A stretch of 64,000 nucleotides of DNA from Raillietiella orientalis (lineage: Eukaryota). How positions within the stretch are numbered: the stretch's first letter is position 1; the number at the start of each line of letters is the position of its first letter. Location of the stretch: the NCBI GenBank assembly GCA_036172245.1, contig JAYWIR010000006.1:1736001-1800000 (forward strand), written 5' to 3'. The notes under the pieces were generated by a model. That model worked only from the letters and a program-made list of their open reading frames with translations, ran no database searches and was not told the DNA's origin. A program made the position numbers and the translations under genes. Below, piece after piece: positions 47,372 to 59,132 of the stretch.

Positions 47372-47875
47372 AATAGTGAATAGGCAGAGGAAACACAGGA
47401 CCCCTCCTCCCTCCTCGAAGGTGAGCTCGAGGAAGTTCCTGCAATCGAAAGGGCGTGGTGACTGAAGCGTTTCGGCTGCTCGAGTCCGGTGGAACCGCTG
47501 GACCTTCGTGTGTCAGGCGAAGACAGGCAGCCCACCTCCCTGAGTCTGCCTATTCGATTCCTGGACTCCAGTTCCATCTTCCGAAACCTGATCCAAGCGG
47601 ACGGTTCTACTGGGCTGAAGCCAGGGGAGCAGGAAGCGCTCAGGTCAGAGACCTCGAGACGGAAGAAGGGGGAGGGGGGAGGGGAATATAAGGCGGATCT
47701 TTCCTGCGGACCGAAAAGCTTTCGCGTAAGCCCTGGCGTATGCGCACAAAACAGGAAGCTGCATGGCTCCAGAGTGTCCTCTCCCGTGTGCCTCCTACGG
47801 TGACTTGGAGATTCCATGCGACGAGGGCTGCAGATGGCGTCTCGACAGCAAACCCGCGCTGGCGGCTGCGTGGCT

Positions 47876-48695
47876 GTTTTCCACCCGGTTGCGCCGGGAA
47901 GTTTATTCAGAAAAAAAGAATAAACCGTCTGTGAACAAAGTTCCCAGACAAAGGGAAAAGAAGTTCGAGGAGAGAGTTCCCGGAACGCAGGTCGGCCTCA
48001 CCGAAAGTCCGGAACGGGAGGGAGACCGCAAATGGATGTGTAGAGAATAAAAAAAAAGATATGGAAAGGGGGGAGGGGTAGGGAACAGGGGTCTTTGGCT
48101 TCGGCTGTTCCATCTTTTCAGAACCGGCATTGAATGCCGGCGATCTCCTTTGCTTCTTCCTTGAAATGAGGCCGCATGGCAGCCGTCCTCATGTTGGCAG
48201 CTGCAATCCTGGTGACCTCTGTTGGGATAGCTCGCGATTCCAACACATGGCGGGCCATGCTGACGGCACAGATGCAACAGATCGTTGCGATGGCCACACC
48301 TAGCGAGAGGACGCCGCGTTCGAAGAAGCGACGCATGACGTCGATGGCGGTGTTCCCCTGGCGCAGAGCACTGAAGGCAGCCTCCTCCACAGTCCTTGGA
48401 GGGAACAGCAATCGAAGATTTGCTGAGATTGCACTGCTCCGCACTTTCTGCAGTTCGGGAAGGCAACTTCCCCGGAAACCAGGTGCGCGCGCTGATTGCA
48501 ATGCACTAGCAGAAGCACGTCCTGTTTCCATTGAAGGGGGAACACAGAGTTGTCCACGCACGAGGAAGGGAACACAAGTTCTTCGGGGGGCACACTCAAC
48601 AGTTGGCTCCACCGAAGGAGTCCTTTTGCGTAATGACGAGGACTGGCGGCGTCTGCCAGCTCTCTCGTCTTCCAGCCGCCCATGGGCCTGGTTTC
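47876..48695 (-). mobile_element. 5'-truncated L1/Tx1-like fragment
   Basis: WKTRELADAA...KGLLRW...WKQDVLLLVHCNQR...CRKCGAVQS. AATAAActtCCCGGcgcaaCCGGGt on the minus strand at 47907-47883. Confidence 0.8.
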
Positions 48696-48705
48696 TTCTG
48701 CGGTT

Positions 48706-49360
48706 GTGACGTGTGGCTGCGGTCTCCCCGCCCGGCGCCGAGAGTCGCGGGTTCGAATCCTCGAGTGGGAGATCGACGCCGAGAACGGAGGGTGCGTCGC
48801 GGGTTTCAAGTCGCTTCCGCAGGATGACGCTGGTTGGCCGCTAGGCTTCGGGTGCGACACTGCTGGAAACCGGATGTCCCCGTTGGTTGGCTTCCGGGAT
48901 TAAAAATCGACCCTCTGGGGTACATCCAGCCATCAAGTAGCCGGTTCCCTTTGCAGTTTTCTTCTGGTTGTGGAAATGGAGCCTTCCCTCCCCTCAGAAG
49001 GCGATCATCATCGCGTACCATGGAGCTGGTTGACACCTCTGTTCCCTTCGGAGACAACCAGGGCGAGGGTTCCCTTTGGGGTTCCCTCCCAAGGGCAAGA
49101 AGGACGGATTCCTTCCTCCAGTGCCTTCCTGGATTCAAAAGGTGAGGAAGAGATTCCACTCACGGGGTAAACCCCAGATTGAAGAATGACACGCATCCTC
49201 GAGGTGGCATGGACAGAGTTAAAGAACTCCGTGAGTCCCCCTTATGGAGGCGAGCGGTTCTTCAGCACTTCCTGAGAACCAAAAACGAAGAAACTCCCTC
49301 CCCCCCAAAAAAGCTACAAGGAAAGCAGGGAAGACAGAAGAACCCAAAAGGATTTCCGTC
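48706..49360 (+). mobile_element. SINE-like element copy
   Basis: Perfect B-box GGGTTCGAATCC at 48749-48760, second degenerate B-box at ~48801, GTTCCCTTCGGAGACAACCAGGG body, CACGCATCCTCGAGGTGGCATGG segment. Confidence 0.7.
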
Positions 49361-49379
49361 ACCTTGGGCCACCTTCCCT

Positions 49380-50045
49380 CCCAAGTGACAGGAGTCGGCG
49401 TTGCTTGTGATGCATGGGGGGAGTCTCGTGCAAAGTGAGTCCCCACCACTAGACACGGGAGGAGCGTGGGCGCAAGGAGCGCGACGGTGAGGGAAGAAGG
49501 AGACCCTCCCGCGCCTGCTGTTCGACGGTGCTGCCCTTCGACCCCTCTGAGATCGCCTCGCGACCATCCTAGGAACTCCAGCGGGCGGTCCAAGGACATT
49601 TGGAAACGCCTATTCGCTCCTGCCGCTCTGCCGCCAGCCGCGTCCCTCGCAGTCCTCTGCTGAGTCCTTGGAATCTTGGCAGCCTTGAAGGCGGGAGGAA
49701 GAGATCAGGATGGCCAGGACGCCATCTACTGGGCACGAATCTTCCTGAGCACCGCCTCGAGATGGCCTCACCTGGGCACTATCTAGACAGAACTTGCCAG
49801 CATCCTGAAAAGGATGTAGAAGACGTCTGGACGCTTACTGCGACCCCTTTCTCGAACGCCCTACTCCCCGTGCACAAATTCTCCTCTCCCATTTTGTTTG
49901 TTTATATTTTTTGTTTTTCTTTCCTTTTCCCCGACGCTGCTGAAGCGGACCTCGCCGGTCTGCGTGCCGCCCTTCGTCAGGTTCATTTAAAAGTGTATTT
50001 TTAATACCTAAGTAATAAATGCCCCGGTATAACAGGGTGATAATC
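49380..50045 (+). mobile_element. L1/Tx1-like 3' fragment
   Basis: DIWKRLFAPAALPPAASLAVLC is nearly collinear with the 23.3 kb copy (DIFKHLLVRAALPPPAASLAVPC). AATAAA plus hairpin at 50014-50040. Confidence 0.7.
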
Positions 50046-50915
50046 ATCCTATGCGTCCGCCCTGAGGGCAAGCGATGACAGCAGCCAACCAGCGGGGTGC
50101 GAGTCGCCCTGCCGCTTGCAAGTCCTCGGCCCGGCTGCAGGACGAGCGAGCTGGCGGGTCGCCGCCGCTCCACGTTCCCGGGCAAAGGGACTCCTTCGAT
50201 GGAGCGAGACCTGCTCGGTGCGACTTCCCTAAGAACTCGCGGTCCCTTCCTCCCCTGTGTGTGGACACGACGGTGCTACCTCCGCGGTGGCTGTCTCTTC
50301 TGTTCCGAAGAATGCCAGTAAAACCGGAGCGGACAACTGGTTTCCAGAAGGGGGGGACGTTTCCTCACCTCCCGTTGAACTGCCGCGCCCTTGTGGACGG
50401 GTGGCTGCGGCGAATCGCTTCAGCGGTCCGGAGGACGCCTATTCGGGCCTGCTGCGATGCTTCTTCACGCAAGGCGGGCAGAAGACGGACGCTGCGATCG
50501 CAACCACATGTTGCATCGGCGGCATGGTGACAGCCACCCATGTGCTGGAGTCCCGTTCGCAGCGAACGGTGGAGGCCACGGGCATGGCAGCCGCCTTCCT
50601 GAGGACGGCTACCAGATGGCCTCATCTGCCGGAAGAGGCCATCAGCGAGAGCGCCACCTTACGCAGCCGCCTCTAGGAAGGAAGGAGAGCATAGAACCAG
50701 AGACTCCTGTCCCTACCCTCCCATCTGCTTTTTATTCATTTATTGTTCCCTCTCTCCGTTCTCTACTTTCTCAGAAGCCGTCCTGCGTGTCGGTGGTCAT
50801 CCCAATGAACTTCCCCCCCCCCTTCTTTTTTTTTTGGCATCTCTTGTATTCGGGGCACGCCCGCTGACTTTAGGTTTCTTTTTGGAATAAATGTCCCGGC
50901 GTCACCGGGTAGAAA
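50046..50915 (+). mobile_element. L1/Tx1-like 3' fragment in tandem with previous copy
   Basis: LRCFFTQGGQKTDAAIATTCCI...AAFLRTATRWPHL. AATAAAtgtCCCGGcgtcaCCGGGt at 50886-50910. Confidence 0.75.
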
Positions 50916-52596
50916 CCTCCCTGGGCCGCTGTTGGCGACGTTCCCTTAGGGGCGCTCGCGAGTTTCTTGGGGGATATCTGGTGTGGGACAATCCTGGAAC
51001 TGCTGCCGGAAGCGAAGTGCGTCTGGCTGGTGATAGTGGCTGAGGCTGCTCCTCGGAGACACGCGAATGGCGGGTACGGATCACCACCGTCCGCTATTCC
51101 CAGCATGTACACTTGCTATCAGTTCCTCTTGGACTACCTGGTGGGTGCAGTGCAAGGATCAAAAGCTGCACTGCGATCTCCTGGAGTCTCATTCGCTCGC
51201 AAGAGATGTCAAAAGTTTTCCGGGAAGACGGCCGTAGTAGTTCCCGGGAAAAGAAGACGCTCGAAGAAAGAGGGGGAAAACTTCATGTCTGCATTGCTCT
51301 TGCAGGTCCACGCCCTCTCGCGAATCGAGCGCCGGAAGCCTTTCTCGCTCCAACCTCTGACTAAGCGCCGAAGAGCAAACGGGAAAACCGGACTGCTTGC
51401 TCTCCATCTAACCCCCGAGCAGCTGTCGCCTCCTCTTTCCACGCCCATCGTGCCCCCCCAGGGGGGAGAGGGGGGAGGGAAGGAAGCGGCGTTATGGTTC
51501 CCAATGTGGACCTGAACGAGGATTTGAGCGCGAACCTCGGAGGTCGAAGCAGGTGCGCGGTCCCAGTGCGCGCGCACCTGAGGAAGACCTCCCTCGGAAG
51601 CGTCCCTGCACCATTCATTGCACTTCCAGAAGCACACAAGCCAGCTGAAGAACCTGGCTCCATTCTTTTTCCTTTGCTTCCCTTATTTATTTATTTATTT
51701 ATGTTTTTTATTTTTGAGCACGTTCCGCCGCACGGCGCAGCCTGCAATCCGACGCGAAGCGACGGCGCTCGTGCCCGTCCGTCTACGCTCCGCCTAAGTC
51801 AATCGAAGGCCTCCCATTCCATCTTGCCGCAGAGATCAAACCGGGTCAAATGGATTTCACGTGGCACGCTGGTACAGTTGGGATAGTTAAGCGCCACGGG
51901 AGATGGCAGCAGCGCTTCACCCAGTGCTTGGAGAGGGGGGGAGGGGAGGGGGGAGAGACTCCCGGTTCTCTGCACTCGCTATCGGGGAACTTCCCGCTCC
52001 CGCCCTCTTCGTCCTCGTTCCCTCTGTTCGCGCAAACTCTTGGGTCCGTGCACCTCGTCCCAAACGCCGCGTGGATCTGCGGCAACGTCGCCGGGATCCG
52101 GAAACGGTGCGCTTGAAGGATTTCCGGCCGCTTTCCCTTCCGGCTATCCGGTCCTCTGGGCGTGGCGTCATTCTCACTCCTCCATCCCTAATTTCGAGCT
52201 GCGAGCCTCCTTGGGAATCTCTCGGGAACGAACAGGATCGGAACGCAAAAGGATGAAAGTCCCACGCGCTCGTTTCAACCATTCGTTCCATTCTTCACTC
52301 TCCCGGAGGCACCGAATTCGCTCACGCTTCGGCGAACTTTCGGTGGGTGCGCTAGCAGCGGCTGGATGCGATCCAGCCAGCGAGAGAATCTGATAACCCA
52401 CCCTGCTTCACCATTCGTCCACGTGGCTGAGTAGATGCTCCCACTTCCGGATCAGCTCGTGCGTCTCTGCGAAGAACCTTGGGATCAGAGAGAAGGGCTC
52501 AGATGCCAGGCGAGTGAGCACAGGTCAGGGGGTCAGAAACTCGGCATGGCGGTTTGCTAATGAAGCCGGGAATTGAACAGTCCGGTGGCTTCGCCA

Positions 52597-52627
<31 letters not shown>
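52597..52627. repeat. (GAC)n microsatellite
   Basis: About 10 GAC units. Confidence 0.9.
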
Positions 52628-52635
<8 letters not shown>

Positions 52636-55049
52636 AAGGAGGAGGAGGGACATGGAGGCAGCTTTCGCTCCCAAGGAGGGACGGCGTGTAGGCACGTCAC
52701 ATTCCAGCTCAACCAGCCCTCCTCGTGTGAGGTCATGGGTGGCGCGCAGCGTGAGGAGCGACCGAAACCTGGATTCAATTCGCCATCAAGAAGAAGGACG
52801 GTGGGAGGCAAAGCGAGGTGGTAGCTGGTAGTCGCGCCGCGTTCTTGTGGCCATGGGAGGCGCAAGAGCCCTCTTCTATCGGCAGTCCCCCATTGCCTCC
52901 AGAGCAGGAGCTCGAAGAGGCCGAAGGGGGTTCCACATCCTCCCCCCCTCCCCGCACACTTTGGGAATTTCCCTCCTGCGCGCGACCAGACCTGCTGCGA
53001 GGAGTGGCGAGGGGAACTCGGCCCAGTTGCTGGAGAGCAGTTTGAAACTCCCGCCGACCTCTCGGCGATCGCGGGGTCTTTGAGTTCTTTGCCACCCTTA
53101 CTCTCACGCTGGGGTGCGGAGGCTCCCTAATTCGTTAGGAGACGTCCCTCGGAAGGGAGAGCTTCAGCGAGAGCCGCTGGTCACCGAAGAAGGTGGACCA
53201 TCCAAGGATTAGGAAGCGGTGGGTCGCGTTTCCACTTCTTCAGCGTAGCCGGAGGAACCCCGCGAAGGGGGGGGGGGAGGGAGGATGGGAGTGACTCGGT
53301 AGCGCGGATGCACTCCATCGCGAACGCGAGCTCCCCTCAGCATTGAGGACGCTCAGGGGCAGCTCCATCGCGCGGCGAAGCTGAGGCAGGAGAGAAATCC
53401 ACTCGGCCTAAGGACACGATAAGAGCCGATGGAGGGATGAAACCCGGAACCATACATGCATGGTGACTCCTCCCTCATCCGTTGACCGGCGTGGTTCTTC
53501 ATATTGGTCATTGGCAAGGTGGCTGCTATTCGAAGCGACCCAATAGGGAAGCGGGGTGGACGCGCGCGAAGAGGCGCATAGCCAAGAGGTGAAACGTGGG
53601 AGGGAAGGAGTGGGAATGAGGAGTTACTGCTGACAACGACCTTCCGTGACCCCGACAACAGAGGGGTTAGCGCACAAGCTCTCCCTGCAGAGGAACGTCT
53701 CCTCGCGAAGGAGGGAATCTCTGCACTCCAGCGTGGGAGGAAAGGCGGCAAGAAACTCCAGGGTCTCGCAGTCGCCCAGGGGTTGGCGGAGTTTCAAACC
53801 GGTTCTCAGCAGCTGGGTCGAGTTCCCCTTGCCATTCCTGTCATTCCGCTGTTGGGAAGCGAGGAGGAGGAAGCTTCCTGCCTGCTTCTGGAGGTCGGCG
53901 AGGGGAAGACGCCCTTTGCCCGCCGCAGACGCTGCCCAGTACTTCTACCCTGTTGCTGCAGACCGCATCTCCCGCTCGCCACGTGGTTTCGAGACGGAAC
54001 GCTGCTGCGCCCCGGCTGCAAGCAGCAGGAGCGGAACGTGTCCTCGGCAGGAAAAGCCAAACTTGGGGACAGCCTGCGCGACCCCTCCATCCCTTTCCCC
54101 ACCGAATCCAGAACCCCCCTTCGTCTCCTCCTTCTTTCTTCTTTCCTGGAAAGACCAAGGCTGGTGTTCTTCCGGAGCAGTGAGGTGGAGCGCGAGCTTA
54201 GAGGGAAACGGGATGAGGCGGGATGGCAAGCATCCTCCCCGGGGAACAAGAGGATCAGTGTAACCAGGGGCGATGGCCTCTCCAAGGGAAGGGTGAATTG
54301 AACTGTTTCCTTCGCGTCCCACGAGGGAAGGGAAGAAGTGGGGAGAATTTCGGCGAACGGGAAAAAAAAAAACATCAGGAGGGTAAAATTAGCTTCTTTT
54401 CTGCTTCCCGTTGAGGGGGCAGGAAAACCTGAAACGGCGGTGCTTGAGTGCACTCGAAGGGAGACCGCAGATTCACCTCCGTGGCAGGGAGCCGCTGAGC
54501 CAGTCGACGCCATGGGACAAGGGCTGCAACGCCGGGTCAGGCAACGCAAAGGGCAGGAGGTGGAGCAAGATCCAGGCAACCAGAAGAGTAGTCAAGGAAC
54601 CTGCCGCCAAGCGGGTGACGTATCAGGTGCATCCTTGATGACAAGAATGGATGTATCGAAAAAGAAAAAAAAGGAAAAAGGATCGAAAAGAAGAAGATGC
54701 AATAGGGATAGATTCTTCCCGATCGCCACAATCTTTCCCCTCGTGGAGTGTGACCTATGGATGACACCGCTGGTGGGATGGTGAGACACACATTCAGTGT
54801 GATGCTGGAGGAATCGACACTGCACCCTTGCAACCAATTAAAAAAAAGAAAAAAAAAGAGGCGAAATTCTGATGAGACACGGTAGCTCGCTCTCACCCTT
54901 TGCATCCATCTTCTTCCCTTTTTTCTACCTCTTCTCATCGATCATCCCAACATTCAGTGCCCATAAATAGCCGTTATCACTACGCCGGTTACCAACGTCC
55001 CTTCCCCCGCTTCGTCCGGTTGCCACTCTTGACGCTTCGAGAAATCCTT

Positions 55050-56312
55050 CTCATGATATCCCTTTGAGCAAGGACCTGCGCCGAGGTTGCGCGTGCAACC
55101 TGCTGAAGGAATCGTCGCCTCCGCGCCGCGCCGCCGGACTGGGCGCACTCTGGGCGCCGGAGATTCTGGGAGAGTAGATCCAGCTTTCGCGGGCAGTCGG
55201 AGGAAGGACGCTGGAGTGTCCTCGCACCCACATCCTTCGTAGCGGGGTCAGCTCCGAGGGAATGCAACACCTCTCGCCCCGTCCCGTGGCCTCAGCGGGT
55301 TGGAAGAGTCGGCCTCCCTGGTGCAGAAGCACACGTGGACCTCTTGCAGACTGCTGAACTGTGACGCTTGGCGGAAAGAGACTGTGGGCACATGGGCACG
55401 GCTCTCTTGGACCAGCCCGGAGCTGCTCCATCCCATCCAGCATCCTGGAGCCGTGTCACTTCCGATTCCCTAGCGGCAGCCCTCACTATGGAAGCGAGGC
55501 CGGGTGGGAGGCCTTCTGGTGCTCAGCAGAAGTCAGAAAGCCCATCGACCGCTGGTCATCCCGAGAACTCTCGGACGTCGCGGCACCGAGCACTCGCGCT
55601 TGGGGAACACACTATTGGGCCGACTATCTCGACATCTCCTTGGTCCCCGCCATCCTCCTGGACGGTTGGATGCCTCTTCCTGAACGGTAGCTTCCAGTGC
55701 ACACAACAGCGGCCCGCCGGACAAGAGGGAACGCGTTGGCAGGCACACAACTGGAGTGCGGACAGAGAGTGATCCGATCGCCCCCGCACCTACTCCCGGG
55801 CTGCGAGTGGACGACAACGGCAACTTCTGCGGAGGTTCTTCTCCACGCCGCGGGGATTATTGACCGCGCGCGCCGCTGGCGGCAACGCCTCGCTGCGTGC
55901 GGGCGACGGCCGCGAATAGCCGCGCGGTGGGACGGAGGCGGCGCCGGAGGACGGCCAGTCGCTTCATCCCTTCCTGTGACATAAAGGTTGCCTCATCCAC
56001 GTCCCAGAGTCACGGAAGACGCCTCCCAGCCCGCTGGAAGTCTGCGAGGAAGACACAGTACGGATGCCCTTTCTCCCCTTCCCTCATCCCCCCGATTCCC
56101 GGAAACGACGAGCGTTCTGCGTTTCTGTTCCCCCATACCGCATATTCATTTATTTATTTTTATTCCCTCAACCCCTCGGTGCTGAGCGTGTCGTTCCTCT
56201 TGGCCGGGAAGCACCGAGCTGCGTGTTAGCGTCCCCTGCCTCGTGCCCCCAGGGCACGCGAGTCGCGTTTCCTTGCTTTGAACAAACGCCCTGGCGTGAT
56301 CGGGTTTGAAAC
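55050..56312 (+). mobile_element. Degenerate L1/Tx1-like ORF2 3' fragment
   Basis: HTWTSCRLLNCDAWRKE (55330) matches HPWISCRLTNWDAWRHE of the 62-64 kb copy. 3' motif aaacgccctggcgtgatcgggt at 56284-56305. Confidence 0.65.
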
Positions 56313-58259
56313 CACGTGGATCACGGCTTTTTGCACATCATTGGATCGGTGGTCTATCTCACGGAAGCGCCAACTCTTTGAGCATAACATGAATCAGAGG
56401 ACGACGAGTCTAATTAGCACTGCTATCCCCTACCCCCATAAACTCTGCTCCCAATCGCCACAACGTGGGATAAGCAATCGTCTTCTTCGTACCAGATTCT
56501 CCAGTTTCTCCTTACAAGCCCGGGGGGCACACCGCAGTCTCCATGGCCACTTGAGATAAATGTAGTCTGCGTGTCCCAAAAAAAGCCACCCAAAACCTTG
56601 CCCAATTTAACCATTCAGCAATCCTGGAAGTGACCGGTACAGAGGGATGAACCAGAAGCGACAATAACCTGGTAGAACTGCCTCTGTGGCCTCAGACATT
56701 CATTTGCTGCGCCGCCGTCCAGTGACCTATGCTCAGCAAACGAGAGGTCTCCTTGAGAGGGACGATGGCTCCAGTGGTTGTCCCAAGAGTCTCCGGTGCT
56801 CTGAGACACCGCGACTTCGAGCCACCGGAGCTCCAGACCTTTCTGAAGCCCTAGGTTCCCGGAGAGACCGATCAGAAACGCCTTTTCTGGGGGTATGGAA
56901 CCCCGTGGAAAGCAATCGGAGAGAGCCGTCTCCTGGTGTTCCGACCCTTTCACCTTCAACGTGAGAGGAGAAGGCATGCGAAGACTCCCAGGATTCCCTC
57001 TGGCGGATTCAGGGCGGAAGTCTGTAGAGGTATGGCAACGACGCGCTCTCTGGGTCTGGGGAGGCGGGGAGTCGAGCCACCTTCTGCGCCAAGGGCGAAG
57101 AAGGGAACTCCATGGAGGTTTTTGGGATGCCGCAGAACTGCGCGATCCCCTTCCTCAAAAAAAGGGTCGCGTAGTTATCCCGGAGGCGAATGGGAAGAGC
57201 GAAGGCGGTGCTATGTTCCTTTTTCCTCGCTTATTTCTCCTCCTCAACGGGAAGGAGCGGGAGGAGGTGGGTCGCTCTTTCCCCTGCAACCTGCTTTTAG
57301 AGACCCTCAAGAGGCACCTGGGAGGGGGAACGGGTAGAGGCGAGGAAGGACGACTTTCCAGGGGTCGTGGAACACTGCTGGTCTCTTAGAGGAAAGAAAA
57401 ATCACTAGCTTCTTTTTTCCCCTCTTCTGTCCTCACACTCTAGTCACTCCACCTAGAGGAGGAAGAAGAGGAGGAAGGTAGGAGGAGAAAGAGGAGAAAG
57501 GGAAAGAGGATGAGAAGGGAAGAGGAGAACTCCGAGCTGGTGGCAGCTGCCTTTTCCAGTTGTGCGGCTGTTGCTGCTAGGATCCCTCGGAAGCTGGAGC
57601 ATGAGAGCCAATCGGGGATCTCAAGGGAGAGCATTGCGAGTTTTTTCCGAAGGACACGGGGGAGCTGTGAGGAAGTCATGGTTCTAGGAAAAGGAAGTTC
57701 TCTGGTTGCCTCCGAGTCCTCTCTGACCTCCTGGAATGGCAGTGCCCTCTCTTCTCCTGACGTTTCATTACGTAGCGGAACTGATGAAATCGCCTTCCCC
57801 CCCCCTCCCTTCCTCCCGTCTTTCTGCCAACGCGGGGAGGGAAGAGGAGAGAATCCGGAACCACCCGAAATAGAGGAACCTTGGGGATCTCTCAACCTCT
57901 CACCTGGAGTGTGGAAATACTTCCTGGACAAAATGACCCCCAAACCCTGTAGTAGGAGTGGCAGACGTCCTTCCTTCTGGGATACGCGCAGGCGCAAATC
58001 CGCTCACGCTGCCAAGAAGAAATTTGAAACAACACACAAAAAGAGAAAATCCGGAGATGAGAAGGAGCGGGCGGACGCCTTTCTCTGTTTCCCGTTGGAA
58101 TATGGGAGGCGACGGGAGAAGGAAGGGGAGGAGGAGAAAGGAAGGGAAAGAGGGACGATGAGCACGTTCGTTTCAAAGACCGGGGAGCAGCAGACGAGGG
58201 GGATATCTGCACGAGGCGGCTCCAGGCAGACCCATCCCTAAACGGCTGTTTGAGGAGGC

Positions 58260-58294
<35 letters not shown>

Positions 58295-59132
58295 GGAAGA
58301 GGAAAAGGAAAATCGATATCTGGGAGGTTTTCAGGGATAGGACGAGGGCATACGTGAATGTTTCCATCCCGGCGCGAAATCGGGAGGAGGGGAGGATGCA
58401 TTGCTGCTTGCAGATAGGTAGGGAACATAAAAGCGGAACTTTGGACGAGAATCTTCGGCCGGGATACTACTTTCCCCTCCCTCCTCTCCCTTTTTCGGGA
58501 AGCTCATGAGCTGTCTGTCTGCCAATCCCTCTTAAGACCTCTTTCTGTGAGTCCTGCTTTAGTATTGCTGATGACGTCCGAAGATCTCAGTAAGGGAGTG
58601 CCTGGTACCAGAGCTCTTGTGGAACCGTACTGCGGGGGCACCGAGGCTACAGAACAGTCTTACAGTGTTATCCATCATGCGCGAAGGGGTCTGGATCCGC
58701 TCTCTTCCCTACAAAGAATCTTCTCCTAGAGCAATTGAACGCTTGCCTGATGCAAAGAAGAATCACGACCGCATTGGACAACCTGTGACTGGGAAACGAG
58801 CGCGGAGAAACGTTGGTGTCTACTTCTGGGGGCTCTGGGTCCATGGATTCCCGCGGGTGAACCCCGAAATGACGGTAAGGGGATGTTGTACCGCGGTCGG
58901 ACACGGACGTGTTTTGCTAGCGCTCCCGACTCCTGGCTTTACTTGATGTTGTCACGTTGCTTTAGTGGTGGAAGGAAGGCAGAAATGCCTGATTCCACCA
59001 CGAAAAAGTCACGGGAACATTGAGCGATCGTCCCCCGTATTCATGGAGGTGCGGGCATCTATCCCCGGAGCTTCATTCTTTGCGCCGGCGAGGGAATACA
59101 AAGTTGTGGTCGCCGCGCCCTCTGCGGCGGCC

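Noticed and set aside
48706..48770. Functional tRNA gene (perfect B-box GGTTCGAATCC)
   Set aside because: No canonical anticodon arm or oligo-T terminator, and it is embedded in a dispersed repeat; interpreted as a SINE head.
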